A stretch of 64,000 bases of DNA from Candidatus Bathyarchaeia archaeon (GCA_050013255.1 JBEKFP010000003.1:1-64000); one strand, 5' to 3'. Shown: positions 21,260-31,047, numbered from the stretch's first letter. Numbers and translations: made by a program. Notes: a model not told the origin generated them from the letters alone.

Positions 21260-21994
21260 TTACTTTTTCTTGTTGGGGTACGGGCACAGATTCTCTACCG
21301 GACAGGCGGGGCAGAGTGGCCTCCGTGCTCTGCAAGTTTGTCTACCATGCGCCATCATGTACAGTGGGACAAAACGCGCATCCTCTTCACGAAACAGCTG
21401 CATTAAGAATGCTCTAACTTTTTCATACCCAGCTTTCCTTGGGGCGAAGCCGAGCCGTTTCGAAACGCGGTCTACGTGTGTATCGACAGAGATTGTGGGA
21501 CGGCCTAAAACACCAAGTAGGACGTCCGCTGTTTTTGGTCCCACTCTCGGCAATTCTTGGAGTGCGACACGCACTTCTTCAACTGAGCCGTTCAGTGCGG
21601 TCCCAACGTTACCGGAATATCGTTCAGCAATGACTTTGGCGAGCTGCTTTAGGCCTAGTGCCTTTTGCTTATGCAAACCTGCAACGTGGATAGCTTTCCC
21701 AATAGTACGCACGTTTGCTCGGCTTAGCCCACGTACGCTTACGCCTACTGTCCGGTCAAGATTTCTGAAGGCCCTGAGTGCAGCTACGTCGGTGCAGTTC
21801 TGTGTGAGAACGGTTGCGACAAGAATACGGAAAGGATCTGATGTTTCTTTTGTGACAGTCAGTGTGGCGAAGTCTTTCTCACGTATAACGAGCGTAGCGC
21901 GGAGGACCTTAAGAATTTTCTGCGCCCGTTCTCTTTCCGATTTGAGAATTCTGTTTTCCAATTGTGATTGTTCTTCAGGCGAGTGCGTTCGCAA
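21260..21994 (-). CDS. nth: Endonuclease III
   Basis: DPFRILVATVL, HhH LPRVGPKTA, VDTHV, Fe-S motif C-x6-C-x2-C-x5-C; true start may be slightly downstream. Confidence 0.93.
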   Translation of the reverse strand: MRTHSPEEQSQLENRILKSERERAQKILKVLRATLVIREKDFATLTVTKETSDPFRILVATVLTQNCTDVAALRAFRNLDRTVGVSVRGLSRANVRTIGKAIHVAGLHKQKALGLKQLAKVIAERYSGNVGTALNGSVEEVRVALQELPRVGPKTADVLLGVLGRPTISVDTHVDRVSKRLGFAPRKAGYEKVRAFLMQLFREEDARFVPLYMMAHGRQTCRARRPLCPACPVENLCPYPNKKK

Positions 21995-22331
21995 TCAGAA
22001 TTGTTCTCGTGCCGTAAACGAGCAGTAAGATTCCTGCAACCGCCAAAATCCATGAAACACCACGTTCCCATCTTTGGCCTTGATGGAATTCTATGAGAAT
22101 CACTCGAATTCCGTTCAAAGCGTGATAGTCGACGAAGATTAGGAGGAGTTCCAAGGTGAAGGCAAGAATCAAGTTTCGGTAGACCTCGATCACAGAGTAT
22201 GCGCCACCGCTGAATGCAAGGTTCTGAAGATATGGGCCGGTCAAAAAAACCGTAAAGAGGTGTAGGCCTCCAGCAATAACGATGCCCAGCCCCGTGATGT
22301 AGTGGAGAAGCATCTTAGTGGATTCCTTCAT
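21975..22331 (-). CDS. sdhD: Succinate dehydrogenase/fumarate reductase membrane anchor (SdhD-like)
   Basis: 3 TM helices, HYITG and YHALNGIRVILIE heme-ligand motif. Confidence 0.75.
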   Translation of the reverse strand: MKESTKMLLHYITGLGIVIAGGLHLFTVFLTGPYLQNLAFSGGAYSVIEVYRNLILAFTLELLLIFVDYHALNGIRVILIEFHQGQRWERGVSWILAVAGILLLVYGTRTILIANALA

Positions 22332-22334
22332 GCC

Positions 22335-22820
22335 TCAAACCCCGAAGAAAACGTTTAGGGCGTACACGGCTGTTGCCACCGCGAAGATTACGCTCAACCA
22401 GAATAGAGCTCTCTGCGATTTTGTGAAGGATTTTGGTTCGTAAGGGAAGTCTGGCCTAGTAGGCCGGCCCTGCAACAACCCGAACTCAGTCAGCGTGAGC
22501 CTGATTCCGTTTATTGTGTGGTATGCGAGCATGAAGCCGATGACAACAAGGCCAATGTCGAAGACCGGGTTCTCTAGGAATTGGAAGGTTGCTGTCCAAA
22601 CATCCTTCGCTGAATTGAATGAAGGTACGCTCCAAACGGCCATGCCGCCAACCACGTTCCCGGTTTCCACAATATGCGCCAAGAAGTAAACGGTGACGGC
22701 GATGCCGGATATCCGCTGCAAAGCATAGGCCCATCTCTCTAGGTTGTACCCTGCGGGGTACAACCAGCCGAGCAACGCTTTCTTCAATTCAGAGGTGAGA
22801 GGTTCGGCCACCCGAACCAC
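22335..22820 (-). CDS. sdhC: Succinate dehydrogenase cytochrome b subunit (SdhC-like)
   Basis: QRISG...YFLAH and YHTINGIRL motifs, 3 TM helices. Confidence 0.8.
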   Translation of the reverse strand: MVRVAEPLTSELKKALLGWLYPAGYNLERWAYALQRISGIAVTVYFLAHIVETGNVVGGMAVWSVPSFNSAKDVWTATFQFLENPVFDIGLVVIGFMLAYHTINGIRLTLTEFGLLQGRPTRPDFPYEPKSFTKSQRALFWLSVIFAVATAVYALNVFFGV

Positions 22821-23239
22821 TACTGCGCCTTAGTTTCCCAGAGGCCTACGATGTTCCCTTCACTGTCTTGAAAGTAAGCTGCGAAGCCCATGTCGCCTAC
22901 GGGCATTTTCTTCCGGATCATTTTTCCGCCGTTCTTCTGGATGCGCATTTCAGCTTCGTCGATACTGGCCACATTGATCGTGACGACCGTGTGTTTGACC
23001 GGATCTTCGCGTTCAAGCATACCGCCGTTTATAGCGCCAGGTTGAGTAGGGCGGCCATCTTCGCCTGAAGGAGTGGTCCCGAGGAGGGCGTAACCCATTT
23101 CAGGGATGGCGTTGATGGACCAACCGAACGTATCCTTGTAAAACTTCTGTGCCCTTCCCATGTTGTCCACTGGAATTTCGAAGTGCACAACGCTATCTGG
23201 CATGCGACTCATCTCGGGGCTGGAACCGGCGAGGTTCAT
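22820..23239 (-). CDS. VOC/glyoxalase family protein
   Basis: VVHFEIP, FYKDTFGW, AYFQDSEGNIVGLWE. Confidence 0.9.
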   Translation of the reverse strand: MNLAGSSPEMSRMPDSVVHFEIPVDNMGRAQKFYKDTFGWSINAIPEMGYALLGTTPSGEDGRPTQPGAINGGMLEREDPVKHTVVTINVASIDEAEMRIQKNGGKMIRKKMPVGDMGFAAYFQDSEGNIVGLWETKAQ

Positions 23240-23380
23240 AAAAGCGTTTGGGGAAACGACTCAAACCACATCGAGTCGGGCCTTTCATCCAAGCAACATC
23301 ATTCATCTCTCTGTGTCAACGCCTGCCCCTCGTTCGGATATTTTGTGCACGGCGTTTTAGTGCGTTGAGCGAAATCTGCA

Positions 23381-23965
23381 ATGCAAAATAGTGCACCTGC
23401 TGCCAAACCTCGTGCACGTAGGCGTTCTTTCAACATTACCCTTCGGCTGAGGCCGGCGGTGGCATATGCTCTTCTGGTTCTAGCAAAGTCGGAGGATAGA
23501 ACACGCACGCAGATCGTAAACCGCGCCATAAAACACTACTTGGAAAGCTACTACCCTGGTACCCAAAAACTGGAGAATCAGGTCCGGACGATTAATGTTA
23601 GTCTGAAAATGTGGGCCGCTGGAGTTCGATCCGAGGCGTTATGGGGAGACCAGGGTGTTCGCTTTGATTCATCTAACAAACTTGATCAGGCCTTCGAGGA
23701 GGCTCTCAAACTTGCCCTCTACGCCGGCAAGGGAATGAAGATTGAGATGAATCTCCACACGTGCATGCTGGCCTCCCACCTAGCAGAAGCGAGAGCCTTG
23801 ATGCTACAGGACGCGGAAAGAACAGCATTGCTGGAAATCGCGCTTAACGCGGAAAAGGAACTCGACTCTCTCGAAGGTATGGTAGCGAGCGGAAAAGGGG
23901 CCGCAGAGGATGAAGCCAAGACGCAACCTGACGAAGAGCGTGAGTCTCAGAGCTCAGAGTTCTGA
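23381..23965 (+). CDS. Protein with N-terminal ribbon-helix-helix (CopG-like) domain
   Basis: FNITLRL...L..LA..EDRTRTQIVNRAIKHYL pattern. Confidence 0.6.
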   Translation: MQNSAPAAKPRARRRSFNITLRLRPAVAYALLVLAKSEDRTRTQIVNRAIKHYLESYYPGTQKLENQVRTINVSLKMWAAGVRSEALWGDQGVRFDSSNKLDQAFEEALKLALYAGKGMKIEMNLHTCMLASHLAEARALMLQDAERTALLEIALNAEKELDSLEGMVASGKGAAEDEAKTQPDEERESQSSEF

Positions 23966-23989
23966 AGGCTTCAACACGTTTACTCTATG

Positions 23990-24598
23990 TTAGACTGGAA
24001 CGCTTCCCAATCCCTTGTGCCTAACGTGCTTCCCGCCTTGGCCTTTGAAACGTTCTTGGTCCCAAATGTTCCCTCGCTCATGGTATCCGAAATTTTCCCA
24101 ATACCCGTCCTCGTACTCGCGTAGGAATTCAACTCCCGTCAGCCACTTTGCGCTCTTCCACCCGTAAAGGTGTGGAATGAATGGGCGCGCGGGAAACCCT
24201 TGCTGAACCGGAATCGGCTTGCCATTCATCTTGAAAGCAATTAGAGAGTCTTCAACCATCGCGTCCTCAAGCGGCACAGGCGCAGTGTAACCATCCGCAC
24301 AGTGGAACATCACCCACTGCGCGTCAGCTTTAACGCCCGTTAGCTTCACGAGTGCGCGAAAAGGGACGCCTTCCCAGACAACGTCCCTTATGCTCCACGA
24401 AGTTACGCAATGAAAGTCCCTCTTGAGTTGAACTTGAGGTAGCTTCTGCAAATCATCGAAGCTGAGGCTCAATTCTTTCTCGACCAGGCCCTTTGTTGAC
24501 AAACGCCATGTGTCGAGTTTGATTTCAGGCACGCCAAGGGCCGCGTAGATTGCCCAACGTTTGGCAAAGGATTGGCCCGGTGGAGTCGAGGCTTGCAT
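23990..24598 (-). CDS. Sulfite oxidase-like molybdopterin oxidoreductase
   Basis: DFHCVTSWS, WEGV, GFPAR, YGWKSAKWL, GYWE..GYH. Confidence 0.92.
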   Translation of the reverse strand: MQASTPPGQSFAKRWAIYAALGVPEIKLDTWRLSTKGLVEKELSLSFDDLQKLPQVQLKRDFHCVTSWSIRDVVWEGVPFRALVKLTGVKADAQWVMFHCADGYTAPVPLEDAMVEDSLIAFKMNGKPIPVQQGFPARPFIPHLYGWKSAKWLTGVEFLREYEDGYWENFGYHERGNIWDQERFKGQGGKHVRHKGLGSVPV

Positions 24599-24769
24599 GG
24601 TTCCCTCTCCTAAACGATTCCTGTGAATCCAAAATGAGAGTAGTCTATGTCCGCTAAAAAAAGCGCTCTTTAATGATGCCTTGAAACAGTCTAAGTGGAG
24701 TAGAGAAGTGGAAAGGGCGTATTTCGCAGGCGAATAGGCTACATTTCAATCAGAGGGGCGATTTGATCG

Positions 24770-25342
24770 TTGAAGATACTAGATCTCACCGCCGATCTTT
24801 CTCTTGATCTCTTCGTTCGCGATACGCACGCCGGTACGCACATCGAGGCTCCCGCTTACCTTTTCAGTGGCGGAAAGCGGATTGACCAATTCGGGTTAGA
24901 ATCGTTCGTAGCAGATTCGGTTCTTCTCGATTTCACGGACAAGGAGCCTGGGCAGCCGATTGATGATGAGGATTTGGAGGGTGCTGAGGAACGTGCGGGG
25001 ATAGGATTGCGCGAAGGCGAGGTCGTTCTTCTCCACACACGTAGGGAGAATTCCAAACACGACGATAGCGTTCCAACGCCTCATGCCTACCTTAGCGAGA
25101 ACGGGGCGGAATACCTCGAATTTAAACGCCCGTTCATGGTTGGAACCGACGCGCCCAGCTTAGATTCGAAGGGCTGCAGGGAATTATCAGCGCATTCAAT
25201 CTTGATGAGAGCCGGAATTCTAGTGTTGGAGAGCCTTTGCAATTTGGAAAAGATTCAGCAATCGAGGTTTCGGCTCTTGGCGCTTCCGCTAAAGCTAAAC
25301 GGCTCGACTTCACCTGTACGCGCCGTCGCAATCCTAGAATAG
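24770..25342 (+). CDS. Cyclase/kynurenine formamidase-like metal hydrolase (short, divergent)
   Basis: HAGTHIEAP, GTDAPSLD, H...LE.L.NL, ALPLKL.G..SPVRAVA. Confidence 0.8.
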   Translation: MKILDLTADLSLDLFVRDTHAGTHIEAPAYLFSGGKRIDQFGLESFVADSVLLDFTDKEPGQPIDDEDLEGAEERAGIGLREGEVVLLHTRRENSKHDDSVPTPHAYLSENGAEYLEFKRPFMVGTDAPSLDSKGCRELSAHSILMRAGILVLESLCNLEKIQQSRFRLLALPLKLNGSTSPVRAVAILE

Positions 25343-25379
25343 ATCCAGCTGCGTCCGCTTTTCTTTCAGGCTTCTTCTT

Positions 25380-26270
25380 CTAGCGTGGGTAGTATCGGCC
25401 GGTTCCCATGGTTTCCGCGATGTGTTCTAAGCGGGCGATGCGTTTCTCGGTTGAAGGATGGGTTGAGAAGAGCTGTCCGATAAATGAACCGCGAAATGGG
25501 TTGATAATGTACATCGTGGAGAGCGCGGGGTTTGCGTTTGTGCGAGCGGGCCTTTGCTTTGCATAGGCGTCTATTTTTTCGAGTGCGCTTGCCAAGGCCA
25601 TTGGGTTCCTCGATAATTTTGCGCCTCCCTCATCAGCTGAGTATTCACGGGTTCTTGAGACTGCAAGTTGGACAAGCATTGCAGCAAGCGGGGCTAATAT
25701 CATCATTAAGAGGAGACCGATGATGTTCCCCTGCTGTCGGTCGCGGCCTCCGGATCCTCCACTATAGCCGAAAGCGCCTCCGAAAAGCCATCCCCATTGG
25801 GCTAAGTAGGTGATGGCACCCGCGACCGTAGCTACGATCGTGGTCGTCAGCGTATCCCAATTCCTAACATGTGTTAGTTCGTGCGCGAGAACTGCTTCCA
25901 GTTCTTCGTCGTTCACGATGTTCAGGAGGCTTGTGTGAACGGCAACGGTGGCGTTGTTGGGGCTGCGGCCGGTTGCGAAAGCGTTTGGAATTGGGCTGTT
26001 GACCAGGGCAACTTTCGGCATCGGGTTTCCAGTTTCCGCTGTTAGCTTCCTCAGGGCAGAGTAGACTCGAGGAGCCTCCTGTTCGGTGATCAGGTGGGCG
26101 CCGCCCATGCGTAAGACGAATTTGTCGCTGAACCAATAGACGATGAGGTTCATGAAGGCGGCGAAGCCGAGTGCAAGAAGTGGAGAGAGGCCTAACAAGT
26201 ATGCGATTACAAAGAGGATGCCCGTAAGAAACCCGATAAGGAGAGTCGTCTTGATGAACGTCCAAACCAT
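25380..26270 (-). CDS. htpX: Zinc metalloprotease HtpX (M48)
   Basis: PNAFATGR, AVLAHELTH, SRTREYSAD, LFSTHP. Confidence 0.95.
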   Translation of the reverse strand: MVWTFIKTTLLIGFLTGILFVIAYLLGLSPLLALGFAAFMNLIVYWFSDKFVLRMGGAHLITEQEAPRVYSALRKLTAETGNPMPKVALVNSPIPNAFATGRSPNNATVAVHTSLLNIVNDEELEAVLAHELTHVRNWDTLTTTIVATVAGAITYLAQWGWLFGGAFGYSGGSGGRDRQQGNIIGLLLMMILAPLAAMLVQLAVSRTREYSADEGGAKLSRNPMALASALEKIDAYAKQRPARTNANPALSTMYIINPFRGSFIGQLFSTHPSTEKRIARLEHIAETMGTGRYYPR

Positions 26271-26416
26271 GCCTTACACTTCCTATTTTGTTACCCCAAG
26301 TAACAACTGCTATAAATTCTTACCGCTAATTTTGCCAATAAGCAGTCGGGAAATTGACGTTACGCTTGTAAGCTGGCGGTTCGTGAATCCATGTTTCTGG
26401 AATGTTGATTTTCGGG

Positions 26417-27049
26417 TCATACTGGCAGGAGCGCGGTCGTGATTATCAAGGCGGAGCCGACGATCAGAAAAACGATGAGCGAGAAGAGCCTAATCCTTGC
26501 TAACGAGAACACCTTAGTTAACTGATTACCAATAGCAGTTTCAACCGCCGTTGCTGCCACCAGGCCCATTAAGGCTCCGACAAAAACGAGAAGAGCATTT
26601 CCGAAGCGGGCAACGAAGACGATTGTTAGAATTTCAGTCGCGTCACCAGCAAGGTCGAGAATAGCAAGCATAGAGACCATGCCAGCAAATGCCGAAAGTA
26701 AGTTTCTTCTGGAAGAATAAGCCAAGAGTTTGTTCCTATCCTTCGCAAGTTCCTTTTCCTCTTTCTCCTTGCTGACCTTGAAGAACTCCCATAATCCATA
26801 GCCAATCATGATTACTCCGCCTGCGATCTTGATCCAGAAGACTGGGAGGGCGCTTACCAGAAAGTGGCCTATTGTGACGATTATTGCGGTCGTGATCGTA
26901 AATGCGGTTACCCCAGCCGCGAACACCAACGATTGTTTGGTTCTCGTCGCTAGGGCAAGTAAGAGAAGAGCATCCTTGTCGGTCAGCTCTACAACGAAAA
27001 TTGCTGAAGCCATCAAAACTAGGGCTGAAGTTACTTCCAATCTCCACAC
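26417..27049 (-). CDS. TMEM165/GDT1 (UPF0016) family cation transporter
   Basis: ELTDKD and DLAGDATE half-motifs, two 3-TM repeats. Confidence 0.8.
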   Translation of the reverse strand: MWRLEVTSALVLMASAIFVVELTDKDALLLLALATRTKQSLVFAAGVTAFTITTAIIVTIGHFLVSALPVFWIKIAGGVIMIGYGLWEFFKVSKEKEEKELAKDRNKLLAYSSRRNLLSAFAGMVSMLAILDLAGDATEILTIVFVARFGNALLVFVGALMGLVAATAVETAIGNQLTKVFSLARIRLFSLIVFLIVGSALIITTALLPV

Positions 27050-27141
27050 TCAGGTTTTCATGACTTCGTATCAGCGAACTCATTGGAACCAGCGCTGAGA
27101 GGCGCCGGTGTCACGCAGGTTTATGATTTCCGCGGTTTGGA

Positions 27142-28071
27142 TTAATCCTGTCTGCGTGCCACGATTCGTTCGGTTTCTTGGTAGATTGGCAGGCCGTCCT
27201 TGGGGTCTGCTCGTACCTTTACGAATGCTTCCATAATCTTTCTTGTTATAGATCCTACTTTGCCGTCCGCGATTTCTATGCCCCTCACCTTCACGAGGGG
27301 AACTACTTCGGATAGCGTCCCGGTCAGGAAGGCTTCGTCGGCGTTGGTTACGTCGTATGGCGTAAGGCCTTTCTCGACCATCTTGTAATCTAGATCCCTT
27401 GCCAGCCTGATTATTCGCTTCCTCGTAACGCCCGGCAGAATGCCAGCAGTGGAGGGTGGCGTGAATATTTCGCCCTTTTTCACAATGAAGAGGTTCGTGG
27501 TCGTAGCCTCTGAGACGAATCCGTTCCGGTCCAGCATGAGTGCGTCGTCGGCACCAGCATCCACGGCCTCAAGTTTAGCGAGGACGCTGTTCAGATAATT
27601 CAAGGACTTTATCTCGTGCGTAGTTGCGTCGACGGCGTCGCGTCGAACCGAGGAGATAATGACAGAGATTCCCCGTTGTTTTGCGAGCGCGCCAAAGGCG
27701 GGGTCCGCATACTGGGTTATGATTATGACCGAAGCCCTGCGGCATTTTCTCGGGTCGACTCCTAAATCGCCAACCCCTCTTGTGACGACCAAGCGGATGT
27801 ATGCGTCCTTCAACCCATTCCGCTTGATAGTCTCAACAACCGCCCGCGTCATGTCTTCGGGGGAGAGCGGAATTTGGAGTCTGATGGATTTCGCGGAACT
27901 GTAAAGGCGTTCTAGGTGTTCTTTGAATTGAAAGATGACACCATTGTACGCCCGTATTCCTTCGAAGACTCCATCACCATAGAGCAATCCGTGGTCGAAG
28001 ACTGAGATCGAGGCACGGGATTTGGGGTTCCATTCCCCGTCTACGTACACAACGGGTTCCTTAACTACCAA
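27142..28071 (-). CDS. ilvE: Branched-chain amino acid aminotransferase
   Basis: DHGLLYGDGVFEGIRAY, KSLNYLN, ILPGVTR, ADEAFLTGT; TTG 28071 preferred over the ORF-track start. Confidence 0.95.
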   Translation of the reverse strand: MVVKEPVVYVDGEWNPKSRASISVFDHGLLYGDGVFEGIRAYNGVIFQFKEHLERLYSSAKSIRLQIPLSPEDMTRAVVETIKRNGLKDAYIRLVVTRGVGDLGVDPRKCRRASVIIITQYADPAFGALAKQRGISVIISSVRRDAVDATTHEIKSLNYLNSVLAKLEAVDAGADDALMLDRNGFVSEATTTNLFIVKKGEIFTPPSTAGILPGVTRKRIIRLARDLDYKMVEKGLTPYDVTNADEAFLTGTLSEVVPLVKVRGIEIADGKVGSITRKIMEAFVKVRADPKDGLPIYQETERIVARRQD

Positions 28072-28266
28072 GCAAGGTCCCAGCCGGCGTACCCACTGCA
28101 CCGTATAAAATGGTTCCTTCGACCGGTTTGAACGGCTTAGCTCTGAACTCATTTGCCGTCTGGCTAGGGGCTGGTTTAACTCGCATTCAACCTTCGGGCG
28201 GAATGCCGCGAAGAGAAGCTTCAATAAGGCAAATTATACGGGCCAAGGAACGTTCTCGGAACAAGT

Positions 28267-28364
28267 GGGCCGGTAGTTCAGCCTGGTTAGAAGACTAACG
28301 GTCTGACCTGAACGTTGCCCTTACACGGCAAAGGTCGCCGGTTCAAATCCGGTCCGGCCCACCA
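28267..28364 (+). tRNA. tRNA-Val(TAC) with a 20-nt intron at position 22/23 (28291-28310) and encoded CCA
   Basis: Acceptor stem GGGCCGG/CCGGCCC-ACCA, anticodon arm TTGCC-CTTACAC-GGCAA, T-arm GCCGG-TTCAAAT-CCGGT; the intron forms a BHB-like motif (GGTT/GACC helix, AGA and TGA bulges, AGAC/GTCT stem). Confidence 0.93.
28335..28364 (+). repeat. attL (tRNA-side copy): TCGCCGGTTCAAATCCGGTCCGGCCCACCA
   Basis: Identical to 41754-41783. Confidence 0.95.
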
Positions 28365-28376
28365 TTTGACGAACCC

Positions 28377-29360
28377 GTGACCATCTCTAATCCTGCAGAA
28401 CCGGCGAGTTCCACTCCGCCACTTACGTGGCTCCGTTTCACCAAGTCTCCACTAAGTTCCGACTTGCCTTTGCCGTGTAAGGGCGAGATATTATCGCATG
28501 CGTTGTGGATGCAGAAAGAAGGTTACCGAGCTAGTACAATTGAATCAGCTATTAGCAGTTTGAAGTCTGTTAGTAGAAGGGCTAACCTCCTAGACCCTGA
28601 GCAAGTTAAGTCCTACTTAGGCAGAGCCAATTTAGCGGAAGGCAGGAAGGAAGCATTAACTGTAAGGCTTGCGAGATTCTACAAATATCAGGGTGTAACG
28701 TGGTCGCCGCCACGCTACAAGCGAATAGAAAAGTTGCCTTTCATTCCTCTTGAATCAGAGGTTGACCAACTAATTTCAGGCATGGGGAAGAAGCAGGCTT
28801 GCTTCCTACGACTGCTAAAGGAAACAGGAATGAGACCTGGAGAAGCGTGGCAACTACAGTGGAAAGACGTTGATACTGAAAGAGGATTCGTTAACGTAAC
28901 ACCTGAGAAGAACAGCAGCCCTAGACAGCTCAAATTATCTAACCAGAATATTGCCATGATTAACAGCCTGCCAAGGTTCGGGACATACATATTCCATAAG
29001 CCTAATGCAGACCAGCTAACGAGCCTGAGATATTTCCGTAGGGTATTCATTCGAAGAAGGAAGCGACTGGCAGCTAAGTTACAGAATCCAAGATTAGAGC
29101 AAATCGCATTCAAGACGCTAAGACATTTCAAAGCCACGACAGAATATCACAAGACCAAAGATATTCTACACGTAATGCAACTGCTGGGCCACAAGAACAT
29201 TCGAAATACCTTAGTCTACACCCACCTAGTCAATTGGGAATCAGACGAGTTCGTATCGAAAGTTGGAGCAAGCCAGAAGGAAATAACGGAATTGATTAAG
29301 TCAGGGTTCGACTTCATTCTTCAGAAGGACGGGTTAGCCTACTTTAGGAAGCGAAAGTAG
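28377..29360 (+). CDS. int: Tyrosine recombinase/integrase, int(C) part; the frame stays open back through the att core
   Basis: ETGMRPGEA (Arg), KTLRH, LLGHKNIRNTLVYTH (His, Tyr); starts 12 bp after the tRNA 3' end. Confidence 0.95.
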   Translation: MTISNPAEPASSTPPLTWLRFTKSPLSSDLPLPCKGEILSHALWMQKEGYRASTIESAISSLKSVSRRANLLDPEQVKSYLGRANLAEGRKEALTVRLARFYKYQGVTWSPPRYKRIEKLPFIPLESEVDQLISGMGKKQACFLRLLKETGMRPGEAWQLQWKDVDTERGFVNVTPEKNSSPRQLKLSNQNIAMINSLPRFGTYIFHKPNADQLTSLRYFRRVFIRRRKRLAAKLQNPRLEQIAFKTLRHFKATTEYHKTKDILHVMQLLGHKNIRNTLVYTHLVNWESDEFVSKVGASQKEITELIKSGFDFILQKDGLAYFRKRK

Positions 29361-30155
29361 CTAAGGCTGTTTCGTTCCGCAATGACGGCAGAACTTCCAG
29401 TCGGTTGGCAGTTCCTTGCCACAGTTTATGCAGAACGCCTCGTCTGAGGTTGCTTTCTTTGTCGTTGAATCAACTGTCTTTGCTACTGTGGTCTTGAGCT
29501 TCTTTCCTCGCCGTAAGTACATGATTAGGGCCCCTAACACGGCTAACGCGGCTATGATAGCGAAGGCTAACCATAGTTGCGGCGTATCGTAAGCTGGTTG
29601 TGAGGTGGTTGATATTGGAATCTGTGGGTTTGTTATTGATGTAACAGGCGTTGAAGCTTGCGATGTCGATTGCACTGTAATTGAGAAATCTTGAAAGGTG
29701 CTTGCGCCTGAAATAAGTTGGGCGTTGGAGTAGTACAATTCTACGGCAGCCCTCAATCTGTAAGTTTTAACTGAAGAGAATTGCAAATGGAACGTGACTA
29801 CGTCGGAACCAGAAGCTGACTTAGGGATGTAGCCACAGAGCGCCTCATTTGGATATATGTGACACGTATTCTGCGAGGATTGTGCAGTACCGGCCGCCCA
29901 CCAAGCATCCCTGTCGAAGATACCTACTGACACGGCATAACCGTTAGACCCGAGGTTGTACGTTGCTGCCACCACAACTGTCACATCTGTTCCAACCATC
30001 GCAGTTGATGGGGCTTGTAGGTTTGTTATAGAGGTTGTTTGCGCCCTTACTACCGGAACGGCGATTGTAGAGAAAGCAATTGCTAGAACGAATAGCCAAG
30101 ATACCTTCCTGAGTAGAGACATGGACCCTCGCCAACGGAACAGTAGTTTATCCAC
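29361..30155 (-). CDS. Secreted/membrane-anchored protein: signal peptide, beta domain, S/T linker, TM, zinc ribbon
   Basis: Hydrophobic N-terminus ending VRA, C-terminal TM, FCINCG...FCRHCG; ATG near 30122 is a likely start. Confidence 0.8.
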   Translation of the reverse strand: MDKLLFRWRGSMSLLRKVSWLFVLAIAFSTIAVPVVRAQTTSITNLQAPSTAMVGTDVTVVVAATYNLGSNGYAVSVGIFDRDAWWAAGTAQSSQNTCHIYPNEALCGYIPKSASGSDVVTFHLQFSSVKTYRLRAAVELYYSNAQLISGASTFQDFSITVQSTSQASTPVTSITNPQIPISTTSQPAYDTPQLWLAFAIIAALAVLGALIMYLRRGKKLKTTVAKTVDSTTKKATSDEAFCINCGKELPTDWKFCRHCGTKQP

Positions 30156-30341
30156 TTGTTAGCAGAAAACACTTGCGATGCCATAAGGACTACAAGGACT
30201 TTATTCTACGAAAGATAAGAGTACTGCAACGTTGTTTGTTGTATTTCCTTCTGTCGCCAATGTGGGGCAGAAGTTCCGGATACTGCAAGCTAACCAAGAC
30301 CGACCTCAGTAATGATTTGTCAACAAACTTTACCTCTGTGA

Positions 30342-31025
30342 GTGTTCTTTGGTGGTATTATGCCAATTAATTGGCTTCAGCATAAAGTCGCCGTAGGGAC
30401 CGTTCTTGCTCTAATAGTCGCATTCGCTGCAGGTATTGGTGTTTGGTCTTATGTTGGTCAAATGCGGCTCACGGTCTCAATGACTTCAACTGTATCGACG
30501 ACCCTTCCCATCGTAAGCATGAGCGTAACCACCAGCTTGACTACCACTACAGTCCCAGTGGGTCAGTGGGGCGGGCTAGATTTTACGCTGCCAATAGTGG
30601 GGCCTAACGGTTTGACCGGCCAGTCTATCTCCCTATCATCATTCCGTGGGAAAGTGATTCTTCTAGAGTTCATGGAACCGTGGGCTCCACACTGCCAACA
30701 TATGGCTCCGACTCTGCAGGATTTATACACCAAGTATGAAAACAACCCTAATGTTGTTTTCATATCGGTTGCCGGGCCATGGAATGGTCCAGATGGGAAC
30801 CCGGCGTCGGCCAATGACGCTGCAAAATTCATTAGCACCTATGGGTCAGCGTGGACGTATGTCTACGATTCCTCGGGCACTGTGATGAATACTCTGTATG
30901 GAGTTAATTCGACTCCGACCTTCTTCATCATCGGCAAGAGCGGTGTAGTTTTCACAACTTTTCAGGGCGAACAGGCCGAAGACACCATAGCCGCCGCCAT
31001 CAACAACGCTAGCAACGCCAGCTGA
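30342..31025 (+). CDS. Membrane-anchored TlpA/ResA-like thioredoxin-fold protein (AxxC active site)
   Basis: DFTL...ISLSSFRGKVILLEFM, WAPHC, YGVNSTPTFFII. Confidence 0.85.
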   Translation: MFFGGIMPINWLQHKVAVGTVLALIVAFAAGIGVWSYVGQMRLTVSMTSTVSTTLPIVSMSVTTSLTTTTVPVGQWGGLDFTLPIVGPNGLTGQSISLSSFRGKVILLEFMEPWAPHCQHMAPTLQDLYTKYENNPNVVFISVAGPWNGPDGNPASANDAAKFISTYGSAWTYVYDSSGTVMNTLYGVNSTPTFFIIGKSGVVFTTFQGEQAEDTIAAAINNASNAS

Positions 31026-31047
31026 GCCACTCAATACGATAAGTATC

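Noticed and set aside
21270-22028. 252-aa plus-strand ORF and other long antisense ORFs (e.g. 28715-29137, 50523-51023, 43605-44075)
   Set aside because: They shadow well-supported genes on the opposite strand and have no motifs of their own.
28072-28224. Long N-terminal extensions in the ORF track (ilvE, 16078 HAD, 46598 pilin-like, 54187 lplA, 61985 aminotransferase)
   Set aside because: The extensions overlap promoters or neighbouring genes, and family homology begins at downstream starts.
30173-30370. ORF containing DFILRK, resembling the integrase C-terminal DFILQK
   Set aside because: Similarity is limited to about 6 residues; not enough to call a duplicated integrase end.
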